Source: an uncultured Solirubrobacterales bacterium (GTDB lineage: Bacteria > Actinomycetota > Thermoleophilia > Solirubrobacterales > 70-9). Taken from it: a DNA stretch of 64,000 bases. This document shows, piece by piece, positions 37,067-45,261 of the stretch; within the stretch, counting starts at the first letter, position 1, and each line of letters opens with the position of its first letter. The translations under genes and the position numbers were made by a program. The notes below the pieces were generated by a model, which was not told the origin of the DNA, did no database searches, and worked only from the letters and a program-made list of their open reading frames with translations. Where the stretch lies: positions 27,614 to 91,613 of the forward strand of contig CAWEBZ010000002.1 of NCBI GenBank assembly GCA_963807425.1. The letters are read 5' to 3'.

Positions 37067-37162
37067 GGCAATTCGGCCAAGCAGATCAAGGACGCAGGGA
37101 GCGAAGCGTGCTTTGCACGCGAGCGACCGAGGACGCCGATATGCGCCAGCCGAATGGCCTTA
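37064..37162 (+). ncRNA. Candidate structured RNA/repeat element, copy 2
   Basis: The outer stem TAAGGCAATTCGGC / GCCGAATGGCCTTA contains both convergent TAA stop codons. Core blocks at 37088-37102 and 37123-37135 are identical to copy 1. The inner hairpin is GCGTGC-TTT-GCACGC. Confidence 0.3.
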
Positions 37163-37873
37163 GAGGGGGGCCTCGCGGGACTCGAGGTGAGCCCCGACCT
37201 TGCGCTTGACCCGCTGCAGGGCGTTGTCGACGGTCTTCGTGTCGCACTCGAGCCGCTCGGCGGTGGCCTCGTAGGAGTGGCCGTCGAGGTAGAGCGAGAG
37301 CACCCGGCTCTCGAGGTCCGAGAGCACGCCCGAGACACCGGAGAGGCAGGAGACCAGACTCTCCAGCTCTTCGGAAGCAATCACCTGGTTGACGGGGTCG
37401 AAGACCGTCGGGCCGGGCAGGATCTCGTCCAGGGTTGTGTCGGAATCGCCCGCGGCAGCGGGGGTCTGGCTAAAGGAGACGTACTGGTTGAGCGGGGTGT
37501 GCTTGTTGCGGGTCGCCGTCTTCACCGCGGTAATGATCTGGCGAGTGATGCAGAGCTCGGCGAAGTTGCGGAAGCTCGACTCGCGGTCGGTGCGGTAATC
37601 GCGGATCGCCTTGTAGAGACCGAGCAGCCCTTCCTGGATCAGGTCGTCGGCCTCGCCGCCGAGCAGGAAGTAGGAAGAGGCCTTCAGCCGCACGAAGCCG
37701 CGATAGCGGCGGACGATCGCGTCATAGGCGTCTGCCCGCCCATCCTTGGCGAGCGCGACCAGATAGTGATCATCAAGCTCAGGTTGAGAGTTAGTCTCGG
37801 CTACCGCGCGGAGAGAGCCATTGAGCCTTCCCGAAGGGAGATGCATTTCCTGCGTAGGCGTAGATAGAGCCAC
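37160..37873 (-). CDS. sigH: Bacillus-type sigma-H-like RNA polymerase sigma factor
   Basis: The motifs FRNFAELCITRQIITAVKTATRNKHTPLN and TVDNALQRVKRKV closely recall B. subtilis SigH (from memory). The GTG at 37873 is preceded by AAGGAGAAGG; an alternative ATG lies at 37846. The cysS-rlmB-sigH synteny also matches. Confidence 0.82.
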   Translation of the reverse strand: MALSTPTQEMHLPSGRLNGSLRAVAETNSQPELDDHYLVALAKDGRADAYDAIVRRYRGFVRLKASSYFLLGGEADDLIQEGLLGLYKAIRDYRTDRESSFRNFAELCITRQIITAVKTATRNKHTPLNQYVSFSQTPAAAGDSDTTLDEILPGPTVFDPVNQVIASEELESLVSCLSGVSGVLSDLESRVLSLYLDGHSYEATAERLECDTKTVDNALQRVKRKVGAHLESREAPL

Positions 37874-37983
37874 AGATCCTTCTCCTTGATGAAGGGTCGT
37901 GGCGCCAATACCTCCCCTGAGGCGCCCTATATGGACTGGATGCCTCAGACTCAAGCTGAGGTTCACCCTTGATTTGACGCGGG

Positions 37984-38011
37984 AGTTTACGGGCGCGCAG
38001 AGTTCTGTCAA
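37984..38011 (-). promoter_or_regulatory. Sigma-70-type promoter candidate for sigH
   Basis: On the minus strand: TTGACA (38011-38006), a 16-nt spacer, then TAAACT (37989-37984). It lies in a 176-nt, lower-GC intergenic region. Confidence 0.45.
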
Positions 38012-38049
38012 CCCCCGAACTGACGTTCGTGCAATCGCCGTTGCAGTTG

Positions 38050-38700
38050 CTAGCGCTGCCGAACGGCCTCGAAAAGCAGCGCCGCAGCGGCCGCCGAGAC
38101 GTTGAGCGACTCGATCTGGCCACGCTGAGGCAGTGCGATCAACCCATCGCAGGCGGACGCGACCCGGGGCCGGATGCCTTTGCCCTCGCCTCCGAGGACG
38201 AGCACCGTCGGACCGGCGAGGTCGGTGTCCCAGGGAGCCTGCGGCGCATCGGCATCGGCGCCCCAGATCCAGAACCCGGCGCCCTTCGCCTCGCCCAGCC
38301 AGTCGGCCAGGTTGCGAACGCGGGCGATCTGGAGGTGCTCCACGGCGCCCGCCGAAGCCTTGCAGGCGACGGCAGTGACCTCGGCTGAGCGGCGTTCGGG
38401 GATGACGACCCCGGCCGCGCCGGCGACCTCGGCCGAACGACAGACCGCGCCGAGGTTGCGCGGATCCTGAACCTGGTCGAGCACGATCAGCAGCGGACTC
38501 TCGCCGCGCAGGAGCCCCCCCGGGTCGGCGTAGGGATAAGGATCGACCTCGGCGACGACCCCCTGGTGATCCGGCGAGCCGCAGAGCCGCTCCAGCTCCT
38601 CGCCAGAGCTCTCCGGTGCCTTCCACACACGCTGCACCCGCCGCCTCCCCCGTTCCGCCTCGGCAACGGGCTGGCGCCCGTAGATCAGCTGCGAGGCCAT
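38050..38700 (-). CDS. rlmB: SpoU/TrmH-family 23S rRNA 2'-O-methyltransferase (RlmB-like)
   Basis: 216 aa with SpoU methylase motifs (DPRNLGAVCRSAE ... LVLGGEGKG ... IPQRGQIESLNVS). It lies immediately after cysS. Confidence 0.82.
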   Translation of the reverse strand: MASQLIYGRQPVAEAERGRRRVQRVWKAPESSGEELERLCGSPDHQGVVAEVDPYPYADPGGLLRGESPLLIVLDQVQDPRNLGAVCRSAEVAGAAGVVIPERRSAEVTAVACKASAGAVEHLQIARVRNLADWLGEAKGAGFWIWGADADAPQAPWDTDLAGPTVLVLGGEGKGIRPRVASACDGLIALPQRGQIESLNVSAAAAALLFEAVRQR

Positions 38701-40095
38701 CTAGCCCTTGGGTACAAGCTTGGCACCGTCAGCGGAGTCCCTGACCTCCCAGCCCAGCTCCGCCAACCGGTCCCGAATCTCATCCGCCCGCCCAAAGTCC
38801 TTAGCCGCCCGCGCGGCCTCCCGTTCCGCGAGCAACCCCTCCGCCTCCGCATCTCCCCCTTGCTCAGCCTCGGCCAGCGAATCGAGCCCTACAAGCTCAA
38901 GCATTTCGCGTACCGCCTCTGCCGCCCCAGGCACCTCTTCCCGGTTCGCTTCGCCGACCAGCTCAAATGCCTCAGCCATGGCTCTGGGCGTGTTGAAGTC
39001 GTCGGCAAGCGCCTCCCGAAACGCTTCGAGACGGGACTCGGGGGAGGGTCCGGCAGAGCCTCCCCGCTGTTGCTCTGACGGACCCTCCCCCGAGTCCCCC
39101 CCTTCCCGCGCCGTAACGGGGTGCTCCCGAAAGAAGTTCCGCAACCGCTCGACCTGGGCCACGGCCTGCTCCATCTGCTCGGCCCCAAACGCCAGCGGCT
39201 GCCGGTAATGCCCGGAGATGAGGTACGCGACGACCCCCTCGCGCCCATACCGATCCAACGCCTCCGAGAGTTGAAAAATATTCCCCTCGGACTTCGACAT
39301 CTTCTCGGCCCCAGTCTCGATCATCCCGTTGTGCATCCAGACCCGGGCGAAGGAGCGTCCCGCCGCCTCGGACTGGGCGATCTCGTTCTCGTGGTGGGGG
39401 AAGACCAGGTCTGATCCGCCGCCGTGAATCGCGAAGGACGGGCCCAGCTCCGCCTCTGCCATCGCCGAGCACTCGATGTGCCATCCGGGGCGACCGGGGC
39501 CCCAGGGCGAGTCCCAGGAGGTGTCCTCGCCCTCCTTGTGGGCCTTCCACAGCGCGAAGTCGAGCGGATCCTCCTTCAGCGCGGCCAGGCCGGTCTCCTC
39601 ACCCTGGTCCATGTCCTCGATCCGGCGGTTGGAGAGCTTTCCGTAACCCTCCAGGCTCATCACCCGGAAGTAGACGTCTCCCCCGGACTCATACGCATGC
39701 CCAACCTCGATCAACTCGGCGATCAGGGCGACGATCTCCGCGATCTTCTCCGTTGCCAGCGGCTCCGCATCGGGACGGCCGAGCCCAAGCCGGTCGGTGT
39801 CCTCGAAGTAGGCGCTGGTCATGCGTCCGGCAAACGCTGCCGACGGCTCCCCCGCCTCGCCTGCCGCCACGTAGATCTTGTCGTTGACGTCGGTGACGTT
39901 GACGACCAGCTTCGTCTCATAACCCTCGGACCCCAGGAAGCGGGACAGCAGAGAGAAGACGACGAACGGCCGCGCGTTGCCGATGTGGATCCGGCTGTAC
40001 ACCGTCGGCCCACAGGCGTAGATCCCGACCTGCCGATCGGAGTCGAGCGTGACCAGCTCGCCACTGAGGGTGTCCTTGATCCGCACCTTCCGCAC
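38701..40095 (-). CDS. cysS: Cysteine--tRNA ligase
   Basis: HIGN (HIGH-class) and KMSKS motifs; 464 aa. Confidence 0.95.
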   Translation of the reverse strand: MRKVRIKDTLSGELVTLDSDRQVGIYACGPTVYSRIHIGNARPFVVFSLLSRFLGSEGYETKLVVNVTDVNDKIYVAAGEAGEPSAAFAGRMTSAYFEDTDRLGLGRPDAEPLATEKIAEIVALIAELIEVGHAYESGGDVYFRVMSLEGYGKLSNRRIEDMDQGEETGLAALKEDPLDFALWKAHKEGEDTSWDSPWGPGRPGWHIECSAMAEAELGPSFAIHGGGSDLVFPHHENEIAQSEAAGRSFARVWMHNGMIETGAEKMSKSEGNIFQLSEALDRYGREGVVAYLISGHYRQPLAFGAEQMEQAVAQVERLRNFFREHPVTAREGGDSGEGPSEQQRGGSAGPSPESRLEAFREALADDFNTPRAMAEAFELVGEANREEVPGAAEAVREMLELVGLDSLAEAEQGGDAEAEGLLAEREAARAAKDFGRADEIRDRLAELGWEVRDSADGAKLVPKG

Positions 40096-40115
40096 GGGAC
40101 GGATGCTATTCGGGA

Positions 40116-40985
40116 CTAGAAAGTCCGGTATCCGGCAGGAGAGGCGGCTGCCTCGCGCCGGGCCCAGCTGGGCGCCGTCTGGTCGGCTGCCGCGAGTGCC
40201 TCGCGCCGGGCCCGTTTGGCACTTGCCTTGATCTCGTCCTCAGCCGCTCGCCGCGCCCGCTCCTCGCGCTGCTCGGCCTGGCTGCGAATCCGGTCGGACT
40301 CGGCCTTGAGCTGGTCCTCGGCCCGGGCCCGGGCGACGTCGGAGGCCTCACGCTCGACCTTCTCGACCAGCTTGCGGACCCGCTCCTCCGCCTCGCGGCG
40401 AACGTCCTCGGTGCCAGCCATGACCCGCTCCTCGATTTCCGCCTCGAGCCTGACCGCGACCTCGTGGGCCTCGTGCGCCGCCGCTTCCGCGTCGGCCGCT
40501 CGCTGCTCTGCCGCCGCAACCCGGCGATCGGCCTCGAGCTGTGCCTGCTCGACCAGCTGCTTGGCCTGCTCCTCGGACTGACGCTCGAGCTGCTCGAGCT
40601 CCTCCGCAAGCGAGTTCTTCGACTCGGCCTCGAGCGAGGAGATCTCAGCCGCCAGCTTCTCGCGATCCGCCTGGGCGTGCTGCCGAGCCTGCTCGAAGGC
40701 ACGCTCGGCTCGGTCCCGGGCGTCCTCAGCACGAGCCGCCCGGCTCTCCGCCTCACGTCGCTTGCCACGCTCGGCGGCGACGCGCTGGCGTCCCTCCTCG
40801 CCCAGCTTGCGCAAGGTCGCCATCGCCCGCTGCTTCAGCTCGGCGCGCATCTCCTCGGCTTTCGCCTCAGCCCGGGCGACTCGCTCCTCACTGACCCGGA
40901 CCCACTCGAGCGCCTGCTTGGCGGTCTCATGCATCTCCTCGGTCGCCGCACCGACCGCCTTCAGCTGAATTGCAGGCTCACCCAT
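40116..40985 (-). CDS. Glu/Ala/Arg-rich coiled-coil hypothetical protein
   Basis: 289 aa, almost entirely heptad-like EAR-rich helix. No TM segment or known domain recognised. Confidence 0.45.
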   Translation of the reverse strand: MGEPAIQLKAVGAATEEMHETAKQALEWVRVSEERVARAEAKAEEMRAELKQRAMATLRKLGEEGRQRVAAERGKRREAESRAARAEDARDRAERAFEQARQHAQADREKLAAEISSLEAESKNSLAEELEQLERQSEEQAKQLVEQAQLEADRRVAAAEQRAADAEAAAHEAHEVAVRLEAEIEERVMAGTEDVRREAEERVRKLVEKVEREASDVARARAEDQLKAESDRIRSQAEQREERARRAAEDEIKASAKRARREALAAADQTAPSWARREAAASPAGYRTF

Positions 40986-41075
40986 TGGTGCCGGAACCTA
41001 CTACCCGTGCCGGAAGGCACGCTACCCCTAGCGAGGGGGAAAGTCCGCAATTAGCAGAGAGGATCCCTGGACCGC

Positions 41076-42722
41076 TCAGGACTTCTGGGTCTCGCGCTCG
41101 CGCAGCTCGCGCTTGAGGACCTTGCCGGTCGCGTTGCGCGGCAGCTCGTCGAGGAACTCGATCTCGCGCGGTGCCTTGTAGGAGGCGAGATTGGCCTTGA
41201 TGTGCGCCTTCAGCTCCTCTTCGGAGATCTCGGCCTCTGTCGCAACCACGACGAATGCCTTCAACCGCTGCCCGAACTCCTCGTCATCGACCCCGATCAC
41301 CGCTGCCTCGACCACGGCGCCATGGTCGGCAAGCAGATCCTCGACCTCGCGCGGGAAGACGTTCTCGCCGCCGGAGACGATCATCTCGTCGTCGCGGCCG
41401 TCGATGAAGAGCCGGCCCGCGGCATCGAAGTGACCAACGTCACCGCTGCAGAGCAGGCCGTCGATCGCCTCCTTGCCCCCACCCCCGGTGTAGCCCTCGA
41501 AGGACATCTCGTTGCCGACGAAGATGCGTCCAACCTCGCCCTGCGGCAGGTCCTGACCCGTCTCGTCATAGATCTTGACCACGGTGCCACGCGGCGGCTG
41601 GCCCGCCGTGCCGGGCGCCGCGCGAAGGTCCTCCGGCGTTGCGACCGTCGCGTAGGCGACCTCGGTCGAGCCGTAGAGGTTGTAGACGGAATCGCCGAAG
41701 CGGTCCATCCACTCGATCGCCAGCTCGCCCGGAAGCGCCGAACCCGAGACGGAGGTGATGCGCAGAGAGGAAAGGTCGTATTTGGCGAGCGTCTCCTCGG
41801 GAAGGCGGAGGATGCGCTGCAGCATCACTGGGACTACGCCAAGGACCTCGGCGCGGTGCTCCTGGACCGCGCGAAGCGTCTGCTCGGGATCGAAGCGGCG
41901 CCGCAGCACCATCGTCGACGCGGTCGGCAGGCTGATGACGAAGTGAAAGAAGCCCCAGGAGTGGAAGAGCGGCGCCGCGATCATCATCGTCTCGCGAGCC
42001 CGATACGGGATCTTGTCGATCAGCGCCGCCATCGCCAGGAGACCGTCTGGGCTGGAGCGCTGTGCCCCCTTCGGGGTGCCGGTCGTGCCCGAGGTGAGGA
42101 TGACGAAGCGCGGTTTGTCGGGCGGGGGCTTCAGGTTGGAGTCGTCGTTGGCGGCGATCAGCGACTCGAGCGTGGGACCCTCGGGCGTACCTTCGGCCCA
42201 GGCGACGATGCGAGCGACGCTCTCGTCGACTCCGTCGAGCAGGCCGGCAAACTCCTCGTCGTAAACCAGCGCCTTGGGCCCCTCCCGCCGCATCACCTCG
42301 ACCAGCTGCGGGCCGGCGAACATCGTGTTGAGGTAGAGGGCGCTGGCACCCAGCTTGGCCGCGGCGAGCGTCGTCTCGATGAAGCCGCGGTGGTTGCGGC
42401 ACATGATCCCGATGCCGTCGCCGTGCCCGATCCCCATCGAGGCGAAGGCGTGGGCGAGGGCGTTCGTGCGCCGATGCACCCGCTCGAAGCTGAGCGAGCC
42501 GCGTTCGTCGATCAGCATCGTCTCGTGCGGGTGTTTGTGCGCGGCGGTCGCCACCCCGGTTGCCGGTGAGGCGCCCCAGCGCAGGAAGGTCGTGGCGACC
42601 TTGGCCGCCTTGTCGGGCCGGCTCAAGCCGACGACGCCGGCCTCGCGCAGCACTTTCGCCTCGAACGCCAGGTCCGAAACCGACTGCCGCGCGCTCGACG
42701 CGATTGAGCGGAGGGTTCCCAT
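41076..42722 (-). CDS. AMP-dependent acyl-CoA synthetase/ligase
   Basis: AMP-binding motif LTSGTTGTPKGA and later GYTGGG ... GDVG motifs; 548 aa. Confidence 0.9.
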   Translation of the reverse strand: MGTLRSIASSARQSVSDLAFEAKVLREAGVVGLSRPDKAAKVATTFLRWGASPATGVATAAHKHPHETMLIDERGSLSFERVHRRTNALAHAFASMGIGHGDGIGIMCRNHRGFIETTLAAAKLGASALYLNTMFAGPQLVEVMRREGPKALVYDEEFAGLLDGVDESVARIVAWAEGTPEGPTLESLIAANDDSNLKPPPDKPRFVILTSGTTGTPKGAQRSSPDGLLAMAALIDKIPYRARETMMIAAPLFHSWGFFHFVISLPTASTMVLRRRFDPEQTLRAVQEHRAEVLGVVPVMLQRILRLPEETLAKYDLSSLRITSVSGSALPGELAIEWMDRFGDSVYNLYGSTEVAYATVATPEDLRAAPGTAGQPPRGTVVKIYDETGQDLPQGEVGRIFVGNEMSFEGYTGGGGKEAIDGLLCSGDVGHFDAAGRLFIDGRDDEMIVSGGENVFPREVEDLLADHGAVVEAAVIGVDDEEFGQRLKAFVVVATEAEISEEELKAHIKANLASYKAPREIEFLDELPRNATGKVLKRELRERETQKS

Positions 42723-42742
42723 CGGACCGGGAAGCCTAGTGG

Positions 42743-43198
42743 CTATTCGGCCTCAACCGAGGCGACCGCGATGCAGGCAATTCCCTCACCGCGGCCGATC
42801 CATCCCATCCCCTCGTTGCTGGTCCCCTTGACGTTGACGCGAGCCGAGGTCGCCTCGGCAAGGATCCGCTCCATCTCGGCTCGGTGGGGAGCGATCCGCG
42901 GCTCCTCGCAGACGAGGGTCACATCGATATTGACGATCTTGCCGGCGACGGTGCCGACCACCGTGCGCAGCAGGTCGATCGAGTCGGCGCCCTGCCAGCG
43001 CTCCTCGTCGTCGGGGAAGAGGGTGCCGATGTCGCCCATCCCAGCTGCGCCAAGCAGAGCGTCGATCACCGCGTGGGTTAGGACGTCGGCGTCGGAATGC
43101 CCGGCGAGGCCGCGCGCGTAGTCGATCTCGACTCCGCCCAAGACAAGCCGGCGACCCTCGGCGAAGCGGTGGCTGTCGTAGCCGATGCCGACACTCAT
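42743..43198 (-). CDS. ispF: 2-C-methyl-D-erythritol 2,4-cyclodiphosphate synthase
   Basis: 151 aa from the ATG at 43198 (it overlaps the upstream TGA as ATGA). Motifs GYDSHRF and GHSDADVLTHA. Confidence 0.93.
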   Translation of the reverse strand: MSVGIGYDSHRFAEGRRLVLGGVEIDYARGLAGHSDADVLTHAVIDALLGAAGMGDIGTLFPDDEERWQGADSIDLLRTVVGTVAGKIVNIDVTLVCEEPRIAPHRAEMERILAEATSARVNVKGTSNEGMGWIGRGEGIACIAVASVEAE

Positions 43199-44046
43199 CG
43201 AGACCCATCCTCGCGCACCGTGGCGCCGAGCGGCTCGAGCCGGCACGAGCGGCCCTCGAAGACGCAGATCTCCGCCACCCCGAGCTCGCCGAGGAACTCG
43301 ACCGCGCGGTCGTAGCCGAAGCCGACCTGGTCTGGCAGGTGGGCATCGGAGGAGAGAGCGAACGGCGCTCCCGCTTCGACGCACATCTCAGCGAAGGCGC
43401 GGGCCGGGTAGAGCTCGCCGACCGGCTTGCGCAGACCTGCGGTCGAGATCTCGACCGCGATCCCGGCTTCTGCAATCGCCGCCACCGCCGGCTCGTAGAA
43501 GAAGCGCGGGTCGCGCTCGGGGAGCGGCCGGGACGAGCCCCACACCTTGACCAGGTCGGGGTGGGCGAGGATGTCGAAGAGACCCGAGCGGGCGCACTCG
43601 GCGAGAGCGGCGAAGTAGCGGCGCCAGACCTCGTCCGCGTCCCCCCGGCCCTTCCATACGTCCCAGCCCTCGTGGTCGACCGCGGCCTCGCCGAGGAAGT
43701 GGACCGAACCGACTACGTAGTCGAAGTCGCGCGCCTCCAGCATGGTCGCCGTGCGGTCCTCGGCGCCCGGGACGAAGTCGCACTCGATGCCGAGCTTCAG
43801 TGGGGTCTCACGCACGAATGCGCAGTAGGCGTCGAGATCGTCGCGCGCTTGCTCCTGCCAGAAGGGGTGGCGCCAGAGGTCGAGCGCCTGGGTGAAGCGG
43901 TAGACGTGCTCGGAGACGCCCAGCTCGGCGATCCCAGCCTCCCCCGCGGCAGCCAGGTAGCGGTCGACGTTCTCGGTGGTGAAGAAGCGCTCTGCCGTCG
44001 TCTCGGGCTCGTCTGGGCGCAGGTGGAGGTGGTAATCGGTCAGCAC
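43195..44046 (-). CDS. PHP-domain histidinol-phosphatase family protein (HisJ/HisK-like)
   Basis: GTG start. N-terminal DYHLHL, later SVHF, AHPD and SSDAH metal-ligand motifs. Confidence 0.78.
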   Translation of the reverse strand: MLTDYHLHLRPDEPETTAERFFTTENVDRYLAAAGEAGIAELGVSEHVYRFTQALDLWRHPFWQEQARDDLDAYCAFVRETPLKLGIECDFVPGAEDRTATMLEARDFDYVVGSVHFLGEAAVDHEGWDVWKGRGDADEVWRRYFAALAECARSGLFDILAHPDLVKVWGSSRPLPERDPRFFYEPAVAAIAEAGIAVEISTAGLRKPVGELYPARAFAEMCVEAGAPFALSSDAHLPDQVGFGYDRAVEFLGELGVAEICVFEGRSCRLEPLGATVREDGSR

Positions 44047-44062
44047 AGCCCGATCCTATGGG

Positions 44063-44112
44063 GACGTGCCGTCTCTTAGGCACCCATAGTGACCTCTAAC
44101 AAGCGGCACGTC
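44063..44112 (+). repeat. 50-nt hairpin element, copy B (5' leader of the DUF389 gene)
   Basis: GACGTGCCG ... CGGCACGTC arms. It matches the minus-strand sequence of 58451-58500 at 40/50 positions and ends 16 nt before the ATG at 44129. Confidence 0.5.
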
Positions 44113-44128
44113 GGGATACGCTGAGGCC

Positions 44129-45118
44129 ATGGTCCACCTGCGGATCGTCCTCCCGGCCGAGCGGTCCGAGAAGGTTCTCGACCTGCTGGGGGCATCGCCT
44201 TCCGCCTGCAACCTGATCTTCCTCGCAGGCGCCGCCCGCCGCCCGGCGGGTGACGTGATCCTCTGCGACATCGCCCGCGAGGACGCCAGCATCCTGATCG
44301 AGGACCTGAAGGAGCTCGGCGTTCCCCGCGATGGCTCGATCGCACTGGAGCAGATCGACTCGCAGATCTCCGACGCGGCCAAGCGGGCTGAGCGGGCGGC
44401 ACGCGGCGTCCCCTCCGACGCGGTCGTCTGGGAGGAGGTCGAGACCCGCACCTCAGAGAGCATCGAGCTGGGCGGCAACTTCCTCGTCTTCATGATGCTG
44501 GCCTGTCTGATCGCCTCGGTCGGGATCTTCACCGGCTCGCCAATCCTGATCGTCGGCGCGATGGTCGTCGGGCCCGAGTTCGGCCCACTCGCCGGCCTCT
44601 GCGTGGCCGCCGTCGAGCGCCGGCTCGGCGTAGCCCTGAGATCGCTGGCCGCCCTGGCCATCGGCTTTCCGGTGGGGATCACCGCTGCCTTCCTGTTCAC
44701 CCTGATCTGCGTCGAGACGGGACTGGTCGATTCCGGCTTCGAGAGCATCCAGAACCCACTGACGCGGTTCATCGCCGAGCCGGACACGTTCTCCTTCATC
44801 GTCGCCGCCTTCGCCGGGGCGGCCGGGGTCCTCTCCCTCACCTCGTCCAAGTCGGGGGCGCTGGTCGGCGTGCTGATCTCCGTGACGACGATCCCCGCGG
44901 CGGCGAACATCGGGGTTGCCGCCGCGCTGGGCAACTGGGCCGACTGGCGCGGCGCGATGACGCAGCTCGCCCTCAACCTGGTCGCGATCGTGCTGGCCGG
45001 GGTGAGCACGCTCTACGTCGAGCGCAGGCTCTTCGAACGGCGCCGGCGTCGCCACCTCGGCGATGGGGTGCGAGCGGTCGCCGGATTGCCCACCGAGGAC
45101 GGCAAGGGCCGCAGGTGA
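44129..45118 (+). CDS. DUF389-family membrane protein
   Basis: A soluble N-terminal domain followed by about six TM helices (GPEFGPLAG motif), typical of DUF389/TIGR00341 proteins. Confidence 0.78.
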   Translation: MVHLRIVLPAERSEKVLDLLGASPSACNLIFLAGAARRPAGDVILCDIAREDASILIEDLKELGVPRDGSIALEQIDSQISDAAKRAERAARGVPSDAVVWEEVETRTSESIELGGNFLVFMMLACLIASVGIFTGSPILIVGAMVVGPEFGPLAGLCVAAVERRLGVALRSLAALAIGFPVGITAAFLFTLICVETGLVDSGFESIQNPLTRFIAEPDTFSFIVAAFAGAAGVLSLTSSKSGALVGVLISVTTIPAAANIGVAAALGNWADWRGAMTQLALNLVAIVLAGVSTLYVERRLFERRRRRHLGDGVRAVAGLPTEDGKGRR

Positions 45119-45261
45119 TCCGCCAGCTGGCGATCCTCCTCGGTGCCTTCGCCGGCGGTGCCGCGATCGCCGCGGCGCTCGGTGCGGCCAGCTTCGGCAT
45201 CGCCCTCGGTGCCGGCCAGGTCTGCTTCGCGGCGGCGCTGGTCGGGGTCCTACTGCGCTGA
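45115..45261 (+). CDS. Possible 48-aa hydrophobic peptide
   Basis: GTG at 45115 overlaps the DUF389 stop (GTGA). The translation VIRQLAILLGAFAGGAAIAAALGAASFGIALGAGQVCFAAALVGVLLR would form two TM-like helices. It is below the ORF-track size cut-off and overlaps the ispD 3' end. Confidence 0.2.
   Translation: MIRQLAILLGAFAGGAAIAAALGAASFGIALGAGQVCFAAALVGVLLR

Noticed and set aside
37064-37162. Integron attC site (an imperfect palindrome immediately after a stop codon)
   Set aside because: There are no RYYYAAC / GTTRRRY core sites and no integrase or cassette array nearby. The element shares an internal core, not its ends, with its second copy.
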